Below are positions 1 through 8,196 of a DNA stretch of 28,095 nucleotides, piece by piece (positions within the stretch are counted from its first letter, which is position 1; the number at the start of each line of letters is the position of its first letter). Under the pieces are notes generated by a model. It saw only the letters and a list, made by a program, of their open reading frames with translations, had not been told where the DNA came from and did not search any database. The position numbers and the translations under genes are program-made. The stretch covers positions 1-28,095 of the forward strand of contig CBDUYR010000036.1 of the NCBI GenBank assembly GCA_965371515.1. The letters are read 5' to 3'. This DNA is from an uncultured bacterium (GTDB lineage: Bacteria > Krumholzibacteriota > Krumholzibacteriia > Krumholzibacteriales > Krumholzibacteriaceae).

Positions 1-995
1 GACACCGGCAGATCTCCCGGCCGGCCGCCGAGAAACCGGTATGCTTCCATGAGATGAACCGGTTCGGGATAGTGGATCCCATACCCGATTTCGGCATTGT
101 TCAACGCGTTGATCACTCGTTGCCTGTCAGGCGTCTGGACGACAAAGAGATGGTACGTGTGTGTACCATCCGGCGCTTCGGTGGGCAGGCGGTAAATCGA
201 TCCGGTCAATGCGTCCGTGTACGTTTGCGCGATGTTGCGGCGTGTCTCGATCGCGTCTGACAAGTACCGCAGTTTTACCCGTAGAATGGCTGCCTGCAGC
301 TCGTCAAGCCGGCTGTTGAAACCCTCACAATGTGCGTGCCGGTCGTTCTTGAATCCGTAAAACCTCAGCATTCGCAGATGTTCCTCCAGGCCTGGATCGC
401 TTGTCACGCAAAGCCCTCCGTCTCCAAAAGCACCGAGGTTCTTTGTCGGGTAGAAAGAGAAGCAGCCGATGTCACCAAAGCTGCCGACGTGCTTGCCTTT
501 GTATGTGCTTCCGTGTGCCTGGGCGCAGTCCTCGACGACCTTGAGGTTATTTGCGGCGGCGAACTCGAGAATAGGCTGCAGGGGGGCCGGCTGACCGTAA
601 AGGTGAACGGGGAGAATGCAGCGGGTGCGATCCGTTCGTGCCGCCTCCAGCTGCGCGTGGTCCAAAAGTAAGGTCGCGGGATCGACATCGACGAACCGCG
701 GCACCGCTCCGACCGCCCGAACAGCGGCGACCGGCGGCACTCCGCCGTTTGCCACTGTGATAACCTCGTCACCGGCGCCGATTCCGAGGGCCCTCAACGC
801 AAGGATCAGCGCGTCGGTGCCGGAGCCCACGCCGACCGCCCCATGAACGCCCGCGTAATCGGCGAACTCCTGCTCAAAAGCGCTTACTTCGGGACCGAGG
901 ATAAGCTGACCCGAGGCGAGTACCCGGTTAATTGCTTTCTCGATCTCATCCTTGATCTGAAGGTAGCCGGGGATGTAGTCGAAGTAGTGTATCAT
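1..995 (-). CDS. DegT/DnrJ/EryC1/StrS family PLP-dependent sugar aminotransferase (3' end beyond window)
   Basis: Not in ORF track; hand-translated from ATG at 995: MIHYFDYIPGYLQIKDEIEKAINRVLASGQLILGPEVSAFEQEFA...GVGSGTDALILALRALGIGAGDEVITVAN, with PLP-lysine motif GCFSFYPTKNLGAFGDG; starts 5 nt after the epimerase stop. Confidence 0.93.
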   Translation of the reverse strand, partial: MIHYFDYIPGYLQIKDEIEKAINRVLASGQLILGPEVSAFEQEFADYAGVHGAVGVGSGTDALILALRALGIGAGDEVITVANGGVPPVAAVRAVGAVPRFVDVDPATLLLDHAQLEAARTDRTRCILPVHLYGQPAPLQPILEFAAANNLKVVEDCAQAHGSTYKGKHVGSFGDIGCFSFYPTKNLGAFGDGGLCVTSDPGLEEHLRMLRFYGFKNDRHAHCEGFNSRLDELQAAILRVKLRYLSDAIETRRNIAQTYTDALTGSIYRLPTEAPDGTHTYHLFVVQTPDRQRVINALNNAEIGYGIHYPEPVHLMEAYRFLGGRPGDLPV

Positions 996-999
996 GGGA

Positions 1000-1980
1000 C
1001 TATGCGACGGGATCACCCATTTCCCGGTAATACATCACGGTTTTCTCGAGGCCGGCAGCCAGGTCAACCCTGGGGCTCCAGTCTGTCACTTCATGAAACT
1101 TTTGAAAGTCACTGTAGTAGTCGCCGATATCGATGATGCCGATTTCCGGAGGGAACGGGACCAGTTCGTAGCTGAACTCGGTAAACATACGCAGTGTCTC
1201 CACGAACTGGAGAAGACTCTTCGGCTCCGGGTGACCGATGTTAAATGCCTTTCCGGCAGTTTCCCCGGTGGCGCCGGCAATGATGAGGGCAGCCACTACG
1301 TCGTCCACGTAGTTGAAATCCCGGAGCTGCTCACCGGTTCCGTAGATCTTGATCGACTCTCCCTTTAACGCCTTGCGGACAAAGATGCCCACGAAACCCT
1401 TGGTATTGCTCTTCAGGTCCATACGAGGTCCATATGTGTTTGTCAGGCGGAGACTGACCGTACGCATGCCGTAGACCTTATAATAGAGGGCATAGTACAT
1501 TTCTGCGGCCAGATTGTTGATCCCGTTGACGTCCACCGGTAAGAGTGGATGTTCCTCGTTGACCGGTAAATACTGCGGTCGGCCATATACCTGGCGTGTG
1601 CTGGCAAAGACAATCGCCACTTTCGGATTCTTGAGGCGGCAGCATTCCAGTAGCGACAGTTGGCTGCGGCAATTGATCTCCATGTCGGTCAGCGGATCGC
1701 ACATGCTGTCAATATGACTGATCTGACCGGCAAGGCTGAAGATCACGTCCTGCCCCTGAACGATGTAACTCAAGCTGGCGGCGTCCCGAACGTCGGAGAA
1801 ATTGACGTGTACCTTGTCTTTTATGGGTTCGATGTTCCGAAGCGTCGCGCCATAGGCCGGCAGCATTGAGTCTACCAGCGTCACTTGTGCTCCAAGTTCA
1901 ACGAGGCGCAGGGCGAGGTTGCTTCCAATGAAGCCTATGCCGCCGGTAATCAGTACGCGTTTATCTTTATAGAACTCCAT
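1000..1980 (-). CDS. NAD-dependent nucleotide-sugar epimerase/dehydratase (extended SDR)
   Basis: Rossmann motif LITGGIGFIGSNL, ASTRQVYG, LRLTNTYGPR, RDFNYVDDVV. Start placed at MEFYKDK (1980), overlapping the GT2 end by 14 nt. Confidence 0.92.
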   Translation of the reverse strand: MEFYKDKRVLITGGIGFIGSNLALRLVELGAQVTLVDSMLPAYGATLRNIEPIKDKVHVNFSDVRDAASLSYIVQGQDVIFSLAGQISHIDSMCDPLTDMEINCRSQLSLLECCRLKNPKVAIVFASTRQVYGRPQYLPVNEEHPLLPVDVNGINNLAAEMYYALYYKVYGMRTVSLRLTNTYGPRMDLKSNTKGFVGIFVRKALKGESIKIYGTGEQLRDFNYVDDVVAALIIAGATGETAGKAFNIGHPEPKSLLQFVETLRMFTEFSYELVPFPPEIGIIDIGDYYSDFQKFHEVTDWSPRVDLAAGLEKTVMYYREMGDPVA

Positions 1981-2926
1981 CGCGGCTGTTCTTTCTCTCT
2001 TTGATGTAACGTATAACGTACTGGGGGTTTTTGGAATGATCGAGGAAAAGACGTCCCAGATATTCACCAATGACGCCCAGAATCAGAAGCTGCAGTCCGG
2101 CGAAGAACACAACGGTGGTAAGGACAGCCGGTATCCCGACTGTCACATTGGGATTGATGTACAGCTTGTCGATAGCGATGGCAACGAACACGAAAAGGCT
2201 GAGGCCCGAGGTCAAGAGACCGATCAGCGTGGCAAAGCGCAACGGCGCAATGGAGAATCCCAGAAACGAGTTTAGCCACAGGTAGAATAGCTTCGACATT
2301 GTGTAATTGGAATGCGCTGTTTCCCTCGGCCGGTGCTCGACATCGATCTGACCCAGATTTCGAGTTGCTCGAACTATCAACCCATCGATGTATGGAAACG
2401 GACCGTGGTACCCCGTGATCTCATCCACAACAAAGCGGTTCATGATCTTGAAGCTCGATAAATAGAGGTCCCGCGGTTTCTTGAGCAATGCGTTGGCAAC
2501 GTTATGATTGAGACGGCTCCCCCAGTTGCGCCACCTGCTGTGATGCTTTACCCGGTATTGCCCGAATACCACATCGTAGCTTTTCTCTCTGATTTCGTCG
2601 TACATTTTGACCAATTCCACGGGGGGAGTCTGCCCGTCGTCGTCAATGATTGCGGTGTAGGCTCCTGTAGTCTGGCTCAGGCCGGCCATAACGGCGTTGT
2701 GCTCCCCGAAATTGCGCGCCAGGTTGAGAAAGGTGACCGTATCGGAGTGGGTATCGTGAATGGCCTGACAGGTTTCTTCGCTATCGTCAACAGACCCGTC
2801 GTTAACGAGCACGACCTCAAAATCGATGTCCGCAAAAACCTCGTGAATACTATCTACAACTGCACGGAGAGTGCCGCGGCTGTTGTAAACGGGGATGACA
2901 ATAGAAAGCTCAACTGGGTTTTTCAA
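1967..2926 (-). CDS. Glycosyltransferase family 2, ArnC/GtrB/DPM1-like polyprenyl-phosphate glycosyltransferase
   Basis: SIVIPVYN, VNDGSVD, RNFGEHNAVMAG, IDDDGQTPP, two C-terminal TM helices ending in GVIGEYLGR; TTG start. Confidence 0.92.
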   Translation of the reverse strand: MKNPVELSIVIPVYNSRGTLRAVVDSIHEVFADIDFEVVLVNDGSVDDSEETCQAIHDTHSDTVTFLNLARNFGEHNAVMAGLSQTTGAYTAIIDDDGQTPPVELVKMYDEIREKSYDVVFGQYRVKHHSRWRNWGSRLNHNVANALLKKPRDLYLSSFKIMNRFVVDEITGYHGPFPYIDGLIVRATRNLGQIDVEHRPRETAHSNYTMSKLFYLWLNSFLGFSIAPLRFATLIGLLTSGLSLFVFVAIAIDKLYINPNVTVGIPAVLTTVVFFAGLQLLILGVIGEYLGRLFLDHSKNPQYVIRYIKERKNSRDGVL

Positions 2927-3125
2927 GAGCTAGCCTCAATACGCAATAAATTCCAGATATCACCTGCTGCGAGATATAAAAAAGCCTCTCGGCACATGTA
3001 TGCTACAAAATCAGTGCCACCGAACCTTCTTCGCTCTCCTCGCCGAGACCCTCAAAGCGGCTTGATGGTTGACATATTGATGCTTGCTTCCCCCCGAGTA
3101 GCCTAAGCCTGATATTAACTTACAT

Positions 3126-3154
3126 ATGTTATCATGTGATAAGCAGGATGTCAA
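3126..3154 (-). promoter_or_regulatory. sigma70-type promoter of the GT2-epimerase-DegT operon
   Basis: Minus strand TTGACA-17 nt-TAACAT with extended TG; overlaps palindrome TTATCA-N2-TGATAA (3129-3142). Confidence 0.6.
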
Positions 3155-3320
3155 TACCCAGACTGTTGTTTCAAAGCACTCTATCATGATATAAACAATA
3201 TGATAATGGCGGGAAACCAGAATACATGGTTGATTTCTGTTGTCATGAGATCGATAAGGTTTGATATAAGAGTATTGATTTCTGTCATGGTCCGGGGATA
3301 TAGCAAGGAAAGGGATCGTT

Positions 3321-3674
3321 ATGACTTGCATGGAGAATTTGCTTGATGCTCTGGCTGATTGTGGAGAGGCGGCCATATTCTACAAAGGGAAAAACATCGT
3401 ACTTGCAAACAGGCTTTTCGCAGATTTATTCGAAAGGGATCCAGATAAATGCAAGGGTTTGCCGATAATGGAAATCTGCCATGAAGAATCTATTGAGATG
3501 ATTGGCGATTTCATGAGAAGAAGAGACCATGGCGACCATGATATTCCGACAACATTTCTTGCATCATTCAGGACTGCCCATGATCCAAAACTCAATCTGC
3601 GGATTACTGTCATCAGAACAGAAAATACGGAAGGAGCCTATCTGGCCATTTTTCAGGAAATAGAGCCTGATTGA
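3321..3674 (+). CDS. Stand-alone PAS-domain protein
   Basis: 117 aa with PAS-like N-terminal pattern IVLANRLFADLFER...KGLPIMEICHEES; purine-rich RBS AAGGAAAGGGA upstream. Confidence 0.7.
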   Translation: MTCMENLLDALADCGEAAIFYKGKNIVLANRLFADLFERDPDKCKGLPIMEICHEESIEMIGDFMRRRDHGDHDIPTTFLASFRTAHDPKLNLRITVIRTENTEGAYLAIFQEIEPD

Positions 3675-3716
3675 TGAAGCGACTCATTTTAAGTTTTAAT
3701 TGAAGCGAGGTTTTTC

Positions 3717-4448
3717 ATGAAGAAGGTACTCATAGTTTTTGCTGTCGTGATCGTGGTGGTCGTTGTTGCAGTGTTTCTCCTGCTGTCCAACCTGGATTCA
3801 GTCGTCGCAAAGGCCATAGAGAAGCACGGAAGCGATTTTACAAAGACCAGTGTCTTCGTCTCCGGTGTGGATATCTCGCTCCGCGAAGGGTGCGGGTCGA
3901 TCAAGGGGCTTCGCGTGGAGAGTCCAGACGGTTTTGACGTGCGTGACGCGTTTTCGCTCGGCGATATCACACTGGACATCGATATAAAGAGCCTGCCCAA
4001 TGATCCTGTCGTCATCGATGAGATCCACATCAATGCCCCAGTCGTCAATGCCGAGATTCTGGAGGATGGCACTTCCAACATCCATGAGATCCAGAAAAAT
4101 GTGCAGGCTTACACTGGTGGAGACAAGAGCGAGGGCGAAGAATCAGGTGGACAGTCGAAACGGATACGGATAAAGAAATTTGTTTTCGAGAAAGGTTGCA
4201 TCGAGGTCGATGCGACCGCCCTCGGCATCGATAAGCGCACGATCACTCTCCCCGAGATCCGGCTCAACGACGTTGGTGGTGCAAACGGAGCGACACCCGA
4301 TGAGATTACCAGGATCGTACTGATGGCTGTCACAAAGAAGGTTGCTTCCGAAATAGCTGGCTCAGAAATCGATGGATTGATCAGGGAAAAGCTGGAAGAC
4401 TCGCTTACCGAAAAGGTGAAGGGTCTGTTTGACAAGTTCAGAAACTAG
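3717..4448 (+). CDS. AsmA/DUF748-like membrane-anchored periplasmic protein
   Basis: N-terminal TM anchor followed by NLDSVVAKAIEKHGS...VSGVDISL...G.IKGLRVESPDGF...VVIDEIHINAP, typical of short AsmA-like proteins; GAGG RBS. Confidence 0.7.
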   Translation: MKKVLIVFAVVIVVVVVAVFLLLSNLDSVVAKAIEKHGSDFTKTSVFVSGVDISLREGCGSIKGLRVESPDGFDVRDAFSLGDITLDIDIKSLPNDPVVIDEIHINAPVVNAEILEDGTSNIHEIQKNVQAYTGGDKSEGEESGGQSKRIRIKKFVFEKGCIEVDATALGIDKRTITLPEIRLNDVGGANGATPDEITRIVLMAVTKKVASEIAGSEIDGLIREKLEDSLTEKVKGLFDKFRN

Positions 4449-4458
4449 GGGATTTTCT

Positions 4459-5187
4459 ATGGAATACAAAGGCCGCATCTGTCTGATTATATCTTTAACT
4501 GTGATTATGTCTGCCTATGGCTGTGCGACGCTGCAGGAGGACATTGGCGATATCTTCAATACCGGAACGGGCGAGGACGATCTCGACGAGCCCACGGTCA
4601 TCTTGGGTATCAAGGAAGCGCTGCGGGTCGGCACGAAGAACACGGTGATTTCCACATCCCGGCTGGATGGATATCTCGGAAACGAGTTGATCCGGATCGC
4701 CATTCCAGAGCAGCTGGAATCGATGACTTCGACTCTGCGACAGGTCGGGCTGGGCAGTTTGGTCGATGATCTTGAGGTCGGAATGAACCGGGCTGCAGAG
4801 CTCGCCGCCGCCGAGGCGCAGGATGTTTTCTGGGATGCGATTACAAAGATGACAGTGTCCGATGCCTTTGGAATCCTCTACGGAGACGATACCGCCGCAA
4901 CCGAATATTTCCACCGTCAGACTCATACTGTTCTGCGGGCCCGCTTCCATCCGATTATTCAGGAAAAAATCGAGGAGGTCGGACTTTCACGGATATACGG
5001 TCAGCTTGCCGACGCATACAACAGTCTTCCCCTGGCGGGGAAGCCCGGGCTGGTCGATCTTGATGAATACGTGACCGACAGGGCGCTGGACGGGCTGTTC
5101 GCCGTTCTTGCCCGGGAGGAGCAGAAGATCAGACAGGATCCAGCGGCCCGCACGACCGATCTGTTGATGCGGGTTTTCGGGGGCTGA
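4459..5187 (+). CDS. DUF4197 family lipoprotein
   Basis: Lipobox AYGC; GIKEALRVG, MNRAAELAA, ATEYF, YVTDRALDGLF..LAREEQKIRQDPAARTTDLL..VFG are family motifs. Start moved to ATG 4459. Confidence 0.88.
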   Translation: MEYKGRICLIISLTVIMSAYGCATLQEDIGDIFNTGTGEDDLDEPTVILGIKEALRVGTKNTVISTSRLDGYLGNELIRIAIPEQLESMTSTLRQVGLGSLVDDLEVGMNRAAELAAAEAQDVFWDAITKMTVSDAFGILYGDDTAATEYFHRQTHTVLRARFHPIIQEKIEEVGLSRIYGQLADAYNSLPLAGKPGLVDLDEYVTDRALDGLFAVLAREEQKIRQDPAARTTDLLMRVFGG

Positions 5188-5225
5188 GATAGTCACAACC
5201 CTTTGCAGGGGAATCCCGCTCTTAT

Positions 5226-6188
5226 TTATACAACCTCGATCGTCGAGGGTGGTTTTGTTGCGATGTTGTATGTAACGCTCACCACACCCGGCACGCCGCG
5301 AATAATCTCGTCGGCGAGTTTTTCAAGCATATCGAAGGGAAGTCTCGTCGGAGACGCGGTACGCGCATCCACGCTGTCCCAGCAGCGGACCTCTATCTGA
5401 AGACCGAAATCGCGCTTGCCGTCGCGCATGCCCGTGACGCGGTCCTCGTGAAGGATAGCCATATACTGGAAGGCATTCGTGTCCTTCAGCAGGCGTTCGA
5501 CTATCGTGGTTGCCTTGCGAACCAGATCGATGCGCTCGGGCGTGACCGCTCCGACCACCCGCGCGGCGAGTGCCGGTCCCGGGAACGGGATACGGTTGAA
5601 GACCTCCTCCGGAAGGCCGAGTGCCTCGCCGACCTTGCGGACGCCGTCCTTGCGCAGCTGGACGAGAGGCTCGATGATCTTGTATCCGAATGCCTCCTGC
5701 GGATCGATGCCGAGCTGCTCGAAGACGTTATGTTGACGTTTGATGCCTGCGATCGTCTCGTCGACATCGGTCAGGATCGTTCCCTGGAGGAGATGTTTCG
5801 CACCGCTTTCCCTGACCAGGCGTCCGAACACGTCCTTGTAAAACGTCTGCGTTATGCCCTCGCGTTTCTCTTCCGGATCGGTGATACCCTCCAGGGCTGA
5901 GAAAAATTCCTTCCGCGCATCTTCAAGCTCGACCTTGATTCCAAGCTTGCCGAAGAGATCTACCACCCATTCGGGCTCTCCCTCGCGCATGAGCCCGTTT
6001 TCGACAAAGACCGTTTTGAGCCTGTCACCAAGCGCGCGGTGACCGAGCATTGTGACTACCGATGAATCGACGCCTCCCGAAAGGGCGTTGATCGCCAGGC
6101 CGTCCCCGACGGCAGATTTGATCTCTTCGACCTTCTGGTCGATGAAGTGCTGGGTATCGAGATCGAGCACGGTAATCTCGGTGGCCAT
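5226..6188 (-). CDS. GMP synthase ATP-pyrophosphatase + dimerisation subunit (GuaA subunit B-like; no glutaminase domain)
   Basis: PP-loop ALSGGVDSSV, VENGLMREGE, GITDPEEKR, LQGTILTD, PFPGPALAAR, C-terminal TKPPSTIE; 320 aa; GGAGG RBS. Confidence 0.85.
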   Translation of the reverse strand: MATEITVLDLDTQHFIDQKVEEIKSAVGDGLAINALSGGVDSSVVTMLGHRALGDRLKTVFVENGLMREGEPEWVVDLFGKLGIKVELEDARKEFFSALEGITDPEEKREGITQTFYKDVFGRLVRESGAKHLLQGTILTDVDETIAGIKRQHNVFEQLGIDPQEAFGYKIIEPLVQLRKDGVRKVGEALGLPEEVFNRIPFPGPALAARVVGAVTPERIDLVRKATTIVERLLKDTNAFQYMAILHEDRVTGMRDGKRDFGLQIEVRCWDSVDARTASPTRLPFDMLEKLADEIIRGVPGVVSVTYNIATKPPSTIEVV

Positions 6189-6238
6189 ACTGCTTCCTCC
6201 CGGAATGGAAATGTATTGGTAATTGTGAATTCGTGTCG

Positions 6239-6267
6239 ATTATAACAGGAAAATGTCTGCTTGCCAG
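6239..6267 (-). promoter_or_regulatory. Extended -10 promoter of the GMP synthase subunit gene
   Basis: Minus strand CTGGCA-17 nt-TATAAT, with TGn immediately before TATAAT. Confidence 0.55.
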
Positions 6268-6298
6268 CGCCTCTTTTATGTTTTATTCCTACTGTACG

Positions 6299-7120
6299 AT
6301 GAATCACAGACAGAAATGCCCGAATTGCCCCGAGAGCCCGACGAGGCATGTCTTCGTCGTGCCTCAGGGTGGCCGAATCGTTGAATGTGCACGCTGCGGC
6401 CTGCAGTTCGCTGAAGAATACCCTGAGATCGAGAGCGCCGACACCGAGATATACGGCAGTGACTATTTCAGGGCGTCCCTCGAGGAACGGGAACGCAGGA
6501 TGAGGATATTCGGCGAGTTGCTCGCCGAGGTAGAATCTGTTATCGGTCGGAAGGGTCGCATACTTGATGTGGGGACGGGAGAGGGGACGCTGCTTCTTGC
6601 CGCGGTGGAAAAGGGATGGGAAGCTGAAGGCACGGAAATAGCGTCGGTCATGGTCCATCATATACGGGAGAAATTTGGTCTGACCATTCACCAGGGGGTG
6701 CTCGAGGATCTCGAGCTTCCGACGCACTCGTTCGACGCGATCATCATGAATCACGTGCTGGAGCATGTCAGTGATCCACGAATCACGCTCGAGAAGGTGG
6801 CCGAACTGCTCAATCCCGGCGGAGTGGTCAGGATCGAGGTGCCCAATCTGGCCAGCCTTTCCAACAGGGGGAAAAGCTTCCAGCGTCGCTACAGGCTGAA
6901 GAAGAATCCCTGGAAACATTATTCGCCTGACCACCACTTCTGGTTCTTCACGCCCCGGACACTGAAGACCACCCTCGAGACGGCTGGTCTTCATCCCCTT
7001 TCAATCAACGCTCCCGCCAGGCAGTGGGGGAAGAAGAGTTTTATCGACGGTATTACCAATGCTTTGTACGGGAAAACGCTGTGGGGAGGGCACCTCGTTG
7101 CTTATGCAGCCATTCTGTAA
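6299..7120 (+). CDS. Class I SAM-dependent methyltransferase with N-terminal Zn-ribbon
   Basis: CPNC...CARC; motif I ILDVGTGEG; FDAIIMNHVLEHVSDP; LNPGGVVRIEVPN. Start moved to ATG 6299. Confidence 0.88.
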   Translation: MNHRQKCPNCPESPTRHVFVVPQGGRIVECARCGLQFAEEYPEIESADTEIYGSDYFRASLEERERRMRIFGELLAEVESVIGRKGRILDVGTGEGTLLLAAVEKGWEAEGTEIASVMVHHIREKFGLTIHQGVLEDLELPTHSFDAIIMNHVLEHVSDPRITLEKVAELLNPGGVVRIEVPNLASLSNRGKSFQRRYRLKKNPWKHYSPDHHFWFFTPRTLKTTLETAGLHPLSINAPARQWGKKSFIDGITNALYGKTLWGGHLVAYAAIL

Positions 7121-7124
7121 AACG

Positions 7125-7157
7125 TAAAGAAGCCCGGTCTGGGACCGGGCTTCTTTA
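7125..7157. terminator. Bidirectional intrinsic terminator between convergent genes
   Basis: Perfect 15-bp inverted repeat TAAAGAAGCCCGGTC-tgg-GACCGGGCTTCTTTA just after the methyltransferase stop and 25 nt from the convergent stop. Confidence 0.85.
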
Positions 7158-7182
7158 TCAGCTTACGTTATTTGTAACGTAA

Positions 7183-7896
7183 TCACTTACTGTGCATGCT
7201 CTTGATTCCGCCCCAGCTCGATTCTTCCGTTCCGACCGCGCAATCCACGATCGACAGAGTAATGGAGATAAAATCCCAAGCCGCACCGTACATGCGTGTG
7301 GGATTGCATCCGGCATCGAGGAGAGCAGGATAGTTGGCCGGTATCACATCGCCGAGATCTGTCGAGGCGACGAAAATGCCGTTGCCAATGTAGAAGCTCA
7401 TGCAAGTTCCAGGGTAAGCATCGAAGTAGGCGATTGCCTGTACGTTGGTGACCGCCGCGACGGGCACCCAGTTCGTGTAGGTAATCGTCTCGAACTCAGT
7501 GTAGCTGTCGATGTTCCCGTTGTACTCCGCATCGCCGTTCGCCCACGGGCCCGTTCCACTGAGCCAGATGTACCCGCCGGTGAAAGTCTTCATGTAGGTC
7601 CGGGTTCCGTTGCCGCTCGTATTCACGTTGTCGGTCAGCAGTACCGCGTCCGATTCCGAAGTCGAACACCAGTAGTGCCACTGCGTTCCGAGTGTCGAGC
7701 CATCCCAGGATTTGGAGTTGAGGGTCGTCCCCGCGGACAACGCGGATCCGTCAACATCCCAGGCTTCGCTATAGCGTCCAAGAAGGAGCGACCCGCCGAG
7801 ATCGGACGACTGGTATTCGCCGTTCAGGGGCGCTGCGGCAAAAGATGTTCCGGTGAAGAGCACAAGTAGGAGCAAAACTGTACCAAGACGCTTCAT
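7183..7896 (-). CDS. Secreted hypothetical protein with C-terminal VGTEESSWGGIKSMHSK tail
   Basis: Sec signal peptide MKRLGTVLLLLVLFTGTSFA; Ser/Thr/Gly/Trp-rich beta-type mature region; GGAGG RBS; own promoter and terminator. Confidence 0.85.
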   Translation of the reverse strand: MKRLGTVLLLLVLFTGTSFAAAPLNGEYQSSDLGGSLLLGRYSEAWDVDGSALSAGTTLNSKSWDGSTLGTQWHYWCSTSESDAVLLTDNVNTSGNGTRTYMKTFTGGYIWLSGTGPWANGDAEYNGNIDSYTEFETITYTNWVPVAAVTNVQAIAYFDAYPGTCMSFYIGNGIFVASTDLGDVIPANYPALLDAGCNPTRMYGAAWDFISITLSIVDCAVGTEESSWGGIKSMHSK

Positions 7897-7965
7897 AAAA
7901 AGCCTCCGCAGGATTTAGGTGAATGTTCCCGGGCCCATGGACCCGGATACCGCTTAAGTGGAAGT

Positions 7966-7994
7966 AGTCTATCAGAAGAACGAGATAATGTCAA
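7966..7994 (-). promoter_or_regulatory. Near-consensus sigma70 promoter of the WGxIK-tail gene
   Basis: Minus strand TTGACA-17 nt-TAGACT with extended TG. Confidence 0.65.
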
Positions 7995-8128
7995 CTAATA
8001 ATAACAATTAAAAAGAAAGCAACACTCTGATTATGTAGGTTATATGCAGAAGCTGGAAAATGACGCTTCGTGATTGAATATATAGAGTCCATGATTTATT
8101 GGGTGCGGTTTTAAGAAGTCAGGAATTA

Positions 8129-8158
8129 TTGACGTAAGCGATTTTTTTCCTGTAGATT
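8129..8158 (+). promoter_or_regulatory. Putative sigma70 promoter of lipoprotein gene
   Basis: TTGACG-18 nt-TAGATT; AAGGAGG RBS downstream. Confidence 0.4.
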
Positions 8159-8196
8159 GCGAGTCGAATGAATCAACGGGTACAAAGGAGGAATGA

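Noticed and set aside
54..1368. Short ORFs listed in the track over the first 1.4 kb
   Set aside because: They overlap the DegT aminotransferase (missed by the track because it runs off the edge) and the epimerase
2990..3060. GGCGAGG...TTCGGTGG on the minus strand upstream of sugar genes, reminiscent of the glmS ribozyme
   Set aside because: No AGCGCC cleavage-site motif or P2/P2.1 pairing; downstream gene is not glmS
3011..3376. 121-aa minus ORF, and 99-aa ORF at 8040-8339
   Set aside because: Span AT-rich promoter regions and overlap real genes on the opposite strand; no protein-like features
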